Below are positions 51,567 to 64,000 of a stretch of 64,000 bases of DNA, piece after piece; position 1 is the stretch's first letter; every line of letters starts with the position of its first letter. The stretch is from Octopus bimaculoides. Its lineage: Eukaryota. The notes beneath the pieces are model-generated. The model searched no databases. It saw nothing but the letters and a program-made list of their open reading frames with translations, and was not told where the DNA came from. A program made the translations under genes and the position numbers. The stretch lies in assembly GCF_001194135.2 (NCBI RefSeq), contig NC_068984.1:99395333-99459332 (forward strand), given 5' to 3'.

Positions 51567-51624
<58 letters not shown>

Positions 51625-53109
51625 TGCATGCATGCATGCATGCTAGAGTTTAGTCCAAACAAATCTACCACAGTACTTATTTTTTAAGCTTAGCACTTAT
51701 TCTAGTGGATTCTTTTGCTAAATCCCTAATGCTAGAGTGATGTAAATAGATCAATATTGGTTGTCAAGTAGTGGTGGAAGTTGAAAAGCATAGATATACA
51801 TGCATAAATACCAGCCAAATACCGACTAAAACCTTTGAAAGTAGTGCCCCAGAAATGTGTGTGTATGCATACACGTGTGTATGTGTGTGCATGTGTGTGT
51901 AATTATACAAGTGATAGAGGAAGATTTGCAAATGAGAAAAATTACTGTTGTCATCAGTTCAGTTCAGTTTATTCTGTTCTGGTCATTGATGATAATAATA
52001 AATGAAGAGTGTTAGGATAGTTGCAATTAACTGGTTGCAGATCATAACTTCTCTATCAAAGAATGACAATATCAATGCTGGAAATATAAATGTTAAAATC
52101 CATTAATGATGAAGAATCTTCCTATATTTTCATAAATATAAATATAGATTTACCTGAAATCCTCTTTTGATTTTTAATAAATAATAATCTTCAGTCATGC
52201 GTCAGCCCTTCAGGCTGTATACGCACTTGTACATGTGCATACACATACATACAAACACGTATGCATGTACACACATGCATACACACACAAGCACACACAT
52301 GTACACACAGCATGCATGCACACACATGTAAACACATACAAACTTAAGTATGCATGCAACACTCTTTAGTAAGTCTTTCATATTGCTTCACTATTTAATC
52401 TGCCAAGGTACCTTAGAATTAAGAGTATAAAAACCAGTAAAGAGGATTACAGCCACCAACTGCAATTATATTTCACTTGATTGTAATTACAGATATCTAA
52501 TTGGTCAAGCCTTTGAACTTCAACTCAACAAGTTTAATCTGATTTCTGTTGATTGCATTACCAAACATTTGAGTCCATGCCTGAGGCATTGTTGTCAAGA
52601 TGACCTTGGTTAAGAGAGGAACAAGGATTTCACAAGTCTTTGTTAAATATTGACATGAAACAAATGAGGTGCAGTAATAGGAAAAATAACAACAGAAGCA
52701 GTAGCAACAACAACAACAATAACAAAGAGAAACTACTTATATGACATGTAGGACATGTGTATTGAAAACCAAGCTATCTAAATATCTTCATCCAACCAAA
52801 ATATCCATAACTAAACAAATTAACTAGACAGTAAACATTGAAGTCTCTCTGTTCTGAAAGTTCATTTATTAGTTCAACAAACTGGTAGATGAAACTCTTA
52901 GCATCAAAATTAAAAAAACATGCCTTCAAATAATAAACAGCTACTTCTATCTTAGCCAACTTATAACCACACAACCAGGTAAAGCAATAAAATGCCAAAT
53001 TACCTTAAAATGGTGGTGCTTAAGTTCCATTTTTAAAAGCAAAATGCCCTAAAGCCTTTTAAAGACAAGTTTTCCCACAAATCTGCCATCCCAACAATTT
53101 CTTTATTGT

Positions 53110-53275
53110 ACAGAAATATGGGACTCAATGGGAAATCTAACAAACAAGCTAAGAACTACTTAATGTGTTCTTGGACACAATTTGTTTGGAATAACATGGA
53201 AGAATGATGAAACAGCAACATGGATCTGAGAACAAGCAGACGTAAGTGACCTTGTCAAGTTCATAAAATTATTGA
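53110..53275 (+). mobile_element. Short RTE C-terminal relic
   Basis: NKLRTT...GITW...ATWIREQADVSDL. Confidence 0.5.
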
Positions 53276-53399
53276 ACTTGAATCAATAAAGTCTACACTG
53301 GCAATTTACTGGGTTCGATTTCATCAGTTGTACTCTCCTTTAAAATTTATGATCTTATATTAATGTTGGAAATTATTCTAAGTCTATATATCAGGATCA

Positions 53400-53860
53400 C
53401 CATTGTCATCATCTGCTCTCAGCAGGCTCAATACTTTAGCTCACCATTTCAGTCTTGAATTGTTGCTAATATATTCACTGTTTTAAGTTTGTCCTCTTCT
53501 TGATATTATTCATTCACACAATTGTTGGTTTTCTCTTCCTCTCTTTCCATACATTTTGCCTTCTATTAACAGACTTTGAAAGTATTTCCTTCTAATTAAG
53601 TGTCCAAAATATTTTAGTTTTCTCTCTTTGCTGTTTAAAAGAATTCTCTTACTTTTTGCTGATATTATGATGAAATTTTCAAAAGTCTTCTTTATGTTAA
53701 CATTTCAAAGACTTCTAATCCATTTGGTAATACTTTAGTTAATGTCTGTGTTTCAGTTCCATATAGTAACAGTAGGTCAAACAACATTTTAATATTTTCC
53801 TGATTTCAATATCAATGTTTCTTGATGTTAGTATGTTTGACATATTTTTCATATGATTTT
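53400..53860 (-). mobile_element. RTE C-terminal relic
   Basis: Minus frames give NILTSRNIDIEIRK, LLYGTETQTLTK, LEVFEM, RKLKYFGHLIR, LLIEGK.YGKRGR. A related piece lies at about 56085-56190(+). Confidence 0.7.
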
Positions 53861-54335
53861 CTATTTCAATTAATCTTTTGATTTCTGTTTCATATTTCCT
53901 CACTTTCCATTGTATGGCATTATCATCAGCAGTAGTAGCATTTTGTCTGCTTTCTCTGCTGGTATCAGTTGCAGGTGTGGGGGTGTATATCTCAAATGTT
54001 TTACTTTGGCATGGTTTCTACAGCTGGGTACCCTTCTTCACACTAGCCAATTTACAGAGTGTACAGGGCACATCTTATGGTACTAGCATTGAAAAAATTG
54101 CCATGTTCTTGACAAGACAAGATCGAAGTTCTTCTTGACCCTATATCATCTCCATTCAGTTTTCAACTACTTTGTGCTGGCTGCATTTTATTGTGGCATC
54201 AGCTCTTATGAGTTTGTTTTGTATCTCATAAAATAAAATAGAAGAGAAAGCAATTGAGAGCAATTTTAGAAGCTGAACACAGGTGAGAAAGGAAAAAGGT
54301 TACCACTTGAAGTATAAAAGAATAATAATGACAGA

Positions 54336-54339
<4 letters not shown>

Positions 54340-54366
<27 letters not shown>

Positions 54367-54807
54367 NNNNNNNNNNNNNNNNNNNNNNNNNNNNNNNNNN
54401 NNNNNNNNNNNNNNNNNNNNNNNNNNNNNNNNNNNNNNNNNNNNNNNNNNNNNNNNNNNNNNNNNNNNNNNNNNNNNNNNNNNNNNNNNNNNNNNNNNNN
54501 NNNNNNNNNNNNNNNNNNNNNNNNNNNNNNNNNNNNNNNNNNNNNNNNNNNNNNNNNNNNNNNNNNNNNNNNNNNNNNNNNNNNNNNNNNNNNNNNNNNN
54601 NNNNNNNNNNNNNNNNNNNNNNNNNNNNNNNNNNNNNNNNNNNNNNNNNNNNNNNNNNNNNNNNNNNNNNNNNNNNNNNNNNNNNNNNNNNNNNNNNNNN
54701 NNNNNNNNNNNNNNNNNNNNNNNNNNNNNNNNNNNNNNNNNNNNNNNNNNNNNNNNNNNNNNNNNNNNNNNNNNNNNNNNNNNNNNNNNNNNNNNNNNNN
54801 NNNNNNN

Positions 54808-54855
<48 letters not shown>
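54340..54855. repeat. (GA)n / gap 54367-54808 / (GACA)n
   Basis: Direct reading. Confidence 0.95.
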
Positions 54856-54856
<1 letters not shown>

Positions 54857-55532
54857 TAACAAATAGTTACATTGGAAATGGTAAGAAATTGATGGATATC
54901 AATAAAAATGTGATCAATTTCCCCATTACATTACTTGTACTTTTTCGATTGAACCTCCTTACCAACAATCACCATCCTCTCTTTCACTTTGCCTCTCAGG
55001 CTGTCCCCTTTTCTCTTTCTTCTGCTATCTTTCATTATCACTCTCTTACTTCTACTAGTTATGTTCTCTTCCATTAATTTCCTCTTTATCACTCTCTTGT
55101 TCTGAATTACCTTTATTATTATTCTCTTCTGTGTACAGGAGCCAGTCCTTCCTCCTTAGAGATGACCAAATAGATGGAGACAATATAAGGTAGAAAGGCT
55201 GCTTCAGTTTTGATAGAGACAAGACAACTTCTGTAGTGCTATGATAAAATGCACACAATATACTTTGTAAACTAGTTGGCAGGATAAAAGGGAACATATG
55301 AGCAAGGCATGATTGCTAATCCATCTTGTAAGCAGTAACTGAATAAAAATTGACTCAGTCTTTGACAACCTGTCTAACCCATGCTAGCATGGAAACAGTA
55401 GACACACATTTTTTGGAATGTCCTTGTTGGATTTGGTCATTTGTTTCCTTTCGTTAAAAATGGTTGAGAAGCACTGCTCTATACAGCAACTCTCCTCTAT
55501 ATTTACACACACACACACACACTCAAACACAC

Positions 55533-55604
<72 letters not shown>

Positions 55605-56216
55605 TACAGCACTTCAACTCTACACTCATCCATTTCTACAGTCCAAAACCCTGAGCTACTCTCACTTCTGCTTTAGTCCTCATTAATTCCACACTTGTTC
55701 TATACAGAGCAATACTCACACTCTATATAGAAGTACAATATCTAAACTTCTCGCTCACTCAATACAGAAGTACATTTAGGTCCCATACTTTTGCTCAATA
55801 CCAAAACACACACACACACACTAGATTACCAATGGTTCATAAACTGTTTTGGTCTACTGCCACTATAATGACCAACCAAATCAATATCTCATTAGCAATT
55901 TCCCTTTTCTAAATTATTAAACCAATAACTCAGCACTGCATCTGCAGTTTCTCCTATCCTACAGTTCTAACCCCATCAACTCATTACCATATCGATAATG
56001 TCCCCTGTTCTTTAGTGTTAACCTCATTGACTCAGTACCTCATCAAAAATGTCCCTTACTCTCCAATGTTAACTTCACAAATGTCAAATGTCTTTGAAAT
56101 GTGTATGTAAAGAAGACTTTTGAGAATATCGGTAAATACGAAGAAAATTCTTTTGAACAACAGAGATAGAAAAAACTGAAATGTTTTTAACATTTAAAAT
56201 TGGAAAAATATTTTTT

Positions 56217-56413
56217 TATCTTTTTATCTTTTACTTGCTTCAGTCATTAGATTGTGGCCATGCTGGGGCACTGCATTGAAGAACTTTAGTTGAATAAATC
56301 AACCCTAATACTTATTAGTATTCCATTGGTTTCTTTTGCTGAACTGCCAAGTTATAGGGACATAAACATTCCAACACCAGTTGTCAAGTGGTAGTGGAGG
56401 ACAAACTTAGATA

Positions 56414-56451
<38 letters not shown>

Positions 56452-57257
56452 CACATACACACACACACATAGTGGGCTTATTTCAGTTTCCATCTACCAA
56501 ATCCACTCCAAGACTTTAGTCAAAAACACTTGCCCAAGATGCCATGCCATGGGACTGAACCCACAACCATGTTGTTGGGAAGCAAACTTCTTACAAAACA
56601 GCCACACCTATGCCTATAGTGAAGTTAAGTTCCAAAGTGAGGGTAACAGTTAGCTACTGGATTCCAATTATAGCACCTCTTTTAGCAATTCCAATATCTC
56701 GCAGGTGGGTCATCAGGAGTTGTACAGCCAGGAACAGGAGCGTGCACTTTAGCTACCCATGCTCATTATTCTATAGCTTACACCTTCAATTCTGTTCAAA
56801 TCTCATTACAGACTAACTGAAATCAATAACTTCTATCACATTTCAATTTCGAGTTTCAAACTAGATTTTCAGCTGTTAGCTCATATCTTTCATTTTTTAC
56901 CTTTTATTTGTTTTAGTCCTAAGACTGTGACCATGCTGGAGCACTGCCTTGAAGAATTTTAGCCAAATGAATTGACCCCACTATTTATTTTTTAAAGCCT
57001 GGTACTTATTCTATCAGGTTCTTTAGTTGAGCTGCTAGGTTACAGGGATGTAAACAAACCAATACCACTTGTCAAACACAGACATAAACACACACACACA
57101 CACCCACACATGATGGGCTTCCAATCTCCATCTACCAAATCCACTCACAAGGCTTTGGTTGGACCGAGGTTATAGTAGAAGACACTTGCCCATGGTGTCA
57201 TGCAGTGGACTGAACCCAGTACCATGTGGTTGGGAAGCAAACTGCTTACCACTCAGC
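56217..57257 (-). mobile_element. Two SINE family B copies (56217-56612, 56905-57257)
   Basis: Both colinear with 57339-57753. Confidence 0.8.
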
Positions 57258-57338
57258 ATGATAAATTCACACACACACACACATACACACACACACACAC
57301 ACGCACACACACATACACACACACACACACACATATAT

Positions 57339-57558
57339 ATCTTTACTCTTTTACTTGTTTCAGTCATTTAACTGCGGCCATGCTAGAGCACCACCTTTAG
57401 TCGAGCAAATTGACCCCAGGACTTATTCTCTGGATGCCTAGTACTTATTCTATCAGTCTCTTTTGCCGAACCGACAAGTTATGGGGACGTAAACACACCA
57501 CCATCGGTTGTCAAGCGATGTTGGGGGGACAAACACAGACACACAAACATATATACAC

Positions 57559-57599
<41 letters not shown>

Positions 57600-57753
57600 T
57601 ACGATGGGCTTCTTTCAGTTTCTGTCTACCAAATCCATTCACAAGGCTTTAGTCAGCCTGAGGCTATAGTAGAAGACACTTGCCCAAGGTGCCATGCAGT
57701 GGGAATGAACCCGGAACCATGTGGTTGGTAAGCAAGCTACTTACCACACAGCC
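57339..57753 (-). mobile_element. SINE family B, best-preserved copy
   Basis: Minus head GGCTGTGTGGTAAGTAGCTTGCTTACCAACCACATGGTTCCGGGTTCATTCCC (tRNA-like A/B boxes), central (TA)n, GTAAAAGAGTAAAG tail. Confidence 0.9.
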
Positions 57754-57761
57754 AAAGGATA

Positions 57762-58087
57762 AAAACCTCCTTCAGTCATAAATGAACGTGAGATTGCACC
57801 TAGAAAGTTACCTTCCGAGGCACAAGTCTGGGCAGGGTTGTTTATGGAAGACCAGCAGTCCCCCATGCATATCAGCCTCTCCTTTCCACACCACTGATGT
57901 TTTCCAAGGGAGAGGCAAAATCTGATACAGCTTGACACTAGTGACATCACAACTCATTTCTACAGCTGAATGGACTGGAGTAACATGAAACAATGTGTCT
58001 TGCTCAGGAACACAACACACAGTCCAGTTCAGGAATTGAACTCACTACCTTGTGATTGTGAGTCTGACGCTCTACTACTGAGCCATA
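57762..58087 (-). mobile_element. SINE family D
   Basis: Minus head GGCTCAGTAGTAGAGCGTCAGACTCACAATCACAAGGTAGTGAGTTCAATTCC. Colinear with 1562-1885. Confidence 0.85.
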
Positions 58088-58129
58088 ATTCATATAAATA
58101 TACTGGATAGCATGGAAACACTAATAATT

Positions 58130-58570
58130 GTTTTTGATTTAGGCACAAGGTCAGTAATTTTGAGGGAAAGTGTTAATTGCTGCCATTGATCCGCAATACT
58201 TCTGTAGTGCTGTATTTTAGATGAAGGGATGGAAGTAAAGTTGAGCTCAGTGAGATTTGAAATCAGAATGTAGAACACAGGAAGAAACACCATAAGCTAT
58301 TTTGATACTCTATTGATTCTACCAGCTTGTTACCATAATAAATATTACAACAATCCTTTATACTATAGGTACAAGGCCTGAAATTTTGTGGAGAGAGAGT
58401 TAATCAATTACATCAAATCCAGTATGTAACTGGTACTCATTTTATAAACCCTGAAAAGATAAAAGGCAAAGTTGACCTCAGAGAAATTTGAACTTAGAAC
58501 ATAAAGATGGACTAATTACTACAAAGCATGTTGTCTGATGTGGTAATGATTTTTGCTAGTTCACCTTAGT
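58130..58570 (-). mobile_element. Two decayed SINE family A copies
   Basis: About 58130-58310 and 58360-58570 match family A. Confidence 0.7.
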
Positions 58571-59896
58571 AGCAGTAATAATAATAATAATAATTGTAAT
58601 AATAATAATTGTAATAATTTCTAAATAAGGTACAAGGTTTGAAATCTGGAGAGATGAATGTTTAAGAAATTGTAACAAGCCTGTTGTACGGAGATTCTCA
58701 GCCACCAAAATTTGTAATCATTGATGCTATCTTTGTTTTTATGCTTATAAATAATATCGCTTCAGTAGTGCATCTGCTTGCATATTATGTATTCTTATAT
58801 CAACCACTGACTGATCATTTGAAACAGCTGTAAATAAATACTTCCTTATACCTGTTATTCTGATTTGTGTGCATGTGAGTGTGTGTATATACTCATGTAC
58901 ACACATACATGTATGGATGTATGTAATGTATGTGTGTGTATGTGTATATATCTATGTTCATACTAGTGTAAACTGGTGTAAATTCCTTGTAGTAAGATAA
59001 CTTCTCAAATGAACATGACTTGAGTGAATTTAGCTACTCAACAGTGACTGAAGCATTAAATAAAGTACCAAACAAAGTAGTGGGGTCAACAGAATCTACT
59101 AAAATCCTTGAAGGTGGTGCCCAAGCATAGCCACAGTCTAATAACTGAACTGGTTAATATGATTAAAATAGTATTTCAATGTCCTTCATTTTTCTTTAAA
59201 GGTAGTTTGGGAGATTTTTCCACTATTTCTAGCAATACTGCAAAGGCTCTTGTTGTCTCTGTTATAAAAATTTTGTTGTTGTTTAGCCACAGGTCAACCC
59301 AAATTGAGTTGGTCTAGTATCAACTACATTCCAGCTATTACACTTGTGTTGTGTATGTTAAGCTACTTTTTCCAATCTGTTCTTTTTTTAAAAACAAGTC
59401 AGTAATGATCTGAGGGAGATTGAGTTGCTATTTGTAGCAGGTTGATCAAACTTACAGTAGCTCTCTCATGGACTTATCCCATGAAATATAGCTGTGGAGT
59501 GTCAGAGAACTAGGTAAGCATTTTAATTTAGGCTTTCTTCTGTGTTCTGTGGGGTTATCAACCTATGAAGTGGGTCCATCCCATTATTTAGATAACACTA
59601 ATCCTTGTAATCTCTTGGTGATTAACACACATCTGTTACAGTTATTGAACTCACAGTAATCAATATAATGGGGTGATAGAATTTAAATTAAGATCAATAA
59701 TTACCAAAATAAAAATAACTATCATTGTAATTATTTACCTGTGATTGTTGTGGCTTTAAGACAATTTTCTTTTCAGTCCCAGCTGGTGCACTAAAACAAC
59801 ACATCTACAGTACTTCCTGGTTCACTATTACCTCATCCTTTAATCCTCATTATATTTCCTGTTCTAATTGTTAATCACTCTAGTCAATCACTAATA

Positions 59897-59941
<45 letters not shown>

Positions 59942-60829
59942 TTTATTTAAAAGCAGCAGAAATTGGATTCATATACAATAGATTGTGTCATAGATTTATA
60001 TCAGTTTGAAGAATTACTGGTCAGTCTGTGGCAAGCACCACTGAGCTAGAGACAGTTTTTCATGCGGAGTGTAAATCTGTCATATGTCCATAGCCTGGAC
60101 ACTTACTTCTAAATATCTGTCTACCTAGCTGTAAGTAGATACTCCAAGGAGGTAAAATTTACTGCTGTCATTGTTAAGCTCCAAGTCAGCTCTGATGAAG
60201 CAGATCTGTGATCAAAGATAGTTATCCAGTCTTTTCTATTTCTAGTAGATTCTATAACTGTATAGAACTTCACTGGTAGAAAATTTATGATTGTTACTGT
60301 TGCTGTTGTTATTTTATGCCAGGTCAACCTTAATTGAAATGTCTTATGATCAGAAGCATTTCAGCTGTGGTTATCCTGTCTTTTATTGAAACTTAGTAAC
60401 ACTATGATTACACTATCCAATGTATCCTTTACTTTTAAGTGAGATTTGGCTGCTATTTCTAGCAGATCAAATAGCCAATTTGCAGTTGTTGTTTCCAACA
60501 TAATTTAGACAATGATGATTATCTAATTCTTTGTGTTTTTTTTTTAAGTCTCAGAACTTCCTTTAAACTATATACTCCCGATATTAATTCAAGTCACAAT
60601 AACTGCACTTTTGTTAGCAAAACAAGAATTTAGAGAACAATAAAATATTTGTAAATTCATCATTATTTTGGATATTATTTAAAAAAGAAAAAAACTCATC
60701 TAAGTTCTGAGTGCATATTTGTTAGAAATAGGCAGACATTTAGAAAAAAGTTTTAAATCCTACTTTATTTTTTATTTCTTTTATCTTTTGGACATTTAGC
60801 CAAGCAGACTTACATTTTTCCAGCTTGAC

Positions 60830-60999
60830 CCCTCTACCCATCATGATCCTGCATAGCATTCAGGAAGTCACCTGAACAACATCCCATGTTTGTATAAAGG
60901 CTTTTGATGGATGGCCAACCCATGTTGGAGTATTTATAGTAGGGTATCACTAATGGCTTATTGATTAGCCCTCCAACAATTTTCTGCAAAACACACACA

Positions 61000-61061
<62 letters not shown>

Positions 61062-62815
61062 GGCAACTGCAAGAAGATGACCATACAGCCTCTGTTTAGA
61101 CAAATGCTTTTTCTATGATATGTTCAGAATGGCTTATAACATGGGTACTGTCAAGTCTTACCTCTAGCTGTTTGGTGAGTGAACCTTGCACATGCAAGTG
61201 CTACTAGTTGAGAACTCCGCATACCAGAAGCCAGTCAGTGTATGGGGTCATCAGGAGAGAATGTGTACTGTTTCGGGGCCTACCTCTCGATGGCATCAAT
61301 GCACACTGGACCTCCTCGCTTATATGAGACCCCGAGCCATCGCTCATCATCTCTTTTTAACCAAATCCAGTGGCTAGCCTTTTCCAATGTAGTTTGGATA
61401 TCAGTCATGGTGGTATTTACTTTACGATGAGTTAGGCCCAACGATAACAACAGTCGACTCACACTGTGTCCAACAAATCCTCTACATCCGACTTTGATTG
61501 GAAAATGGAGGTTTACATAATGGTCAATCTTTCAAGCCCAAGCGGTGTCCATGTTATCTTCATGAGGAACTGTTAACTTGTCTAGATTCACAACTTTCTT
61601 TCCTTTACACCACATTAGAATGTCTGTTTTTTTTTTGTAACTGGGATGGGAAAGAGTCCCTGGCACCCTGGTAAATCTGCAGTCACCTCTCAATAGGTGA
61701 CTGCAGGAAATTTGTTGTTCTTCTTGAAACAGATCTGCTGTCCTGGGCGCATGAAGGAAATGAAATCTCTAGTTGGTACTTTGTTTTTTTCACAGTTGTT
61801 GAAATCAGTTTGGTTCCTTATAGCATTGAAGATAACCTTAAGGACCAGGTTGTGTCTCCATGTATACCTGTTCACTGCAAGTGAACAGTTGGAAAGAATA
61901 TGTTTCAGTGTTCAGACCTTTCTGCATTTGCATATATCATTCTCTGAGACATTCTATCTTACTAGATTTGCAGGTGAAGGAAAAACATCATAGGATGAAC
62001 CAATCAGAAAACTTAGCTGAGATGTGGTCCACCTCCATATCTCATCCCAACTTATTTTCCTCTCAACAACATGTTCCTCCCACCTCGTCATCTGTCCTTG
62101 CTGAATACATTGGATCAAATGAAGCTTTCTTCTCTCTGCTTCCTTCGTTTTGACGCTGTTGCTAACAACAGATTTGTGTTCGCTCCACATCATACTTGCA
62201 AACAGTCTGAACTGATCTGCGCCAAAACCAAGTCCCTTCCGATGATTTTGTATTGCACCCAGCATATCTCGGTGTGTAAGACTGAATGTCATCAGTCTCT
62301 GCTTCTACTTTCCACTTCCTGGTTGTTTTCACCTCTGGTGGATTATGCCTGATTTCCATGTCCTTCAGCTCTCTCAGCTTTATCGCCGTTCATACCTTCC
62401 TTAGTTTATATATTTTGACTATCAATGCCAGTGGTAATTGCAACAAACCGCTTTTACAATAAAGAGCTGAACTATTCAACTTCCGAGGTAGGCCTAGCCA
62501 CTTTCTAATGAACACATTGAATTTTTGTTCAATGATTTGAACTCATGTCAATGCTACCTCATACAACAGCACTCATTCAACAGTAAAGTAGAAGCTTCTC
62601 TTGAGATCATCTTGTAACTGTGACTTCATGATGACACTGAGGCCATCAAGAATAGCTCATACTTTTGTGAGACTAGTTTTTATAACTTTTCTGTTGATGC
62701 AATGTTGCTTCTCTAGTGTACAAAAAGGCCTACAGCTTATAGAAGGTTCTATTTGATTATGCTTATTGAAACCTCCTGATTGTACCAGATGTAATTTGTC
62801 TTTGAGATGGTAACA
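60830..62815 (-). mobile_element. RTE LINE 3' half, split by the HERO-like insertion
   Basis: 62815-62560: SKTNYIWYNQE, NIASTEK, DDLKRSF...VE*VLLY. Resumes at 61197-60830: SLTKQLEVRLD, KHLSKQRLYGHL, CWRAN, LNAMQD. Confidence 0.65.
61198..62559 (-). mobile_element. 5'-truncated HERO-like non-LTR retrotransposon (zinc knuckle + restriction-like endonuclease)
   Basis: RKWLGLPRKLNSSALY...LQLP, RKWKVE, QQGQMTRWE...RKISWDEIW, SYDVFPSPANL, CKC...LKHILSNC...RYTWRHNLVL, LTVPHEDN, VGC, ASHWIWLKRDD. Flanked by CATGCAA (61191-97) and CATACAA (62560-66). Confidence 0.88.
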
Positions 62816-63049
62816 TAAAATTCATCTTAGGCTTTTTCATGGACATGTAAACATGTCTCTAGTTTAGAGAGAGATTTTCCTTACAATAAAGATATGAACA
62901 CTGTTAACTTCACTTAAACATTTAATCATTTGATGTCAGAATGTAGACACCAAATAATAAATATTTAAGTGAAATTAGCAGTTTTTTGTGTGTGTTTTTG
63001 AATGGCTTATATGCATCTTCCATGCTGCAATCATTTTAGTTTCAACACA

Positions 63050-63682
63050 CTGTCTCAGATCAAATTACTTATTAGGAAAGTACAATTTCAAAATGTCCTT
63101 ATGGTGATCATAGCAAAAGTCTACAACAGATTGTTAGTGAAATGTGTAGAGACAAAACTTGAGAATGTCTTACAAAGAAACCAAAACAGGGAAAATCAGT
63201 CAAGTGATCTTAACTGTCAGGAGAATTGCTGAGGGAGTTAGAGCTAAAAATCTAGTCTTACAGTTGATTATAGACTTCTCAAAACCTTTTGACTTTGTTC
63301 CTCAAGGCAAAATGGAAGAAATTCTCTGAGACAGTATACCCCAAGAATTAGTAGCAGCAATACTGATGCTCTACAAGAACACAAGAGCCAGAGTCTAATC
63401 ACATGATGGAAACACTATTTTCTTTGATATCAGTGCAGGGTCTCACAAAGCAATATTCTCACACCATTCCTATTTATCATCCACCTGAACTATATCCTTT
63501 GCACATCAGTTGACAAAATTTTAGAACTCAGCTTCACTCTGACAAAATCCACCTTACTTTATCACTCAACCACTAAATAAATACAGATTATGTTGATGAT
63601 GTTCTCCTCACAGACTCCATCTCAGAAGCTTCCACCTTTTTACATGACCTGGAAAAAGCAGCAGCAGATGTTTGTCTTTCAG
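63050..63682 (+). mobile_element. RTE RT domain fragment (inverted relative to 60830-62815)
   Basis: IIAKVYNRLL...LQRNQN, DFSK, GKMEEIL, ILMLYKNTRARV, FFDISAG, PFLFII, DYVDDV, LHDLEKAAADV. Confidence 0.8.
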
Positions 63683-64000
63683 ATATTAATTAAGCCTTTA
63701 ATTATGCCAAAAGTATGCAGAGAGACAGAAGCTGTCAATAAGCAATTTCGATTGTCATGCTGTTTATAAAAAGCACAAAAATTCAATTTCAAAGTATTAA
63801 TTTTCACAGTTTTTTTGAAGTCAGAGTTAGTGACATGCTCAAATATAAATTAGCATACCTAAAGGGTTAACCACTTTTTCTTGTAAAAAACAGTCCTGTG
63901 ACAGAGAATTAAAAGCCCATCAGATCATCTAAAGTATATTGCCAGAACCTACCATCTCAGTTCCAAAGGCCATTTTGGATGAATTTCTCTCATTGGCTGT

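Overview
Eukaryotic, AT-rich, non-genic-looking DNA. The SINE/LINE repertoire and microsatellite load suggest a cephalopod (octopus-like) genome; this is inference, not a database result. I found no intact host protein-coding gene, tRNA, rRNA or CRISPR array. Most ORF-track entries are microsatellite or N-gap artefacts, or pieces of decayed transposon ORFs. The window is a transposon graveyard: dozens of tRNA-derived SINEs from at least 3 families; RTE, CR1/Jockey-like, HERO-like and Penelope-like retroelement relics; a ~4.4 kb internally deleted Helitron; a full-length but dead Tc1 (DD34E) nested in an RTE; mariner-derived and fold-back MITEs; and six assembly gaps. The most interesting signals are: (i) three type I hammerhead-ribozyme folds, one in a ~304-bp direct repeat resembling a retrozyme or Penelope pseudo-LTR unit; (ii) a near-perfect 257-bp palindrome; (iii) two RTE copies with 5'-inversion (twin-priming-like) architecture; (iv) a minus-strand bias of retroelements plus plus-strand splice signals, hinting that the window lies in an intron of a plus-strand gene. 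Boundaries of decayed repeats are approximate (about +/-10-30 bp) unless TIR/TSD coordinates are given.
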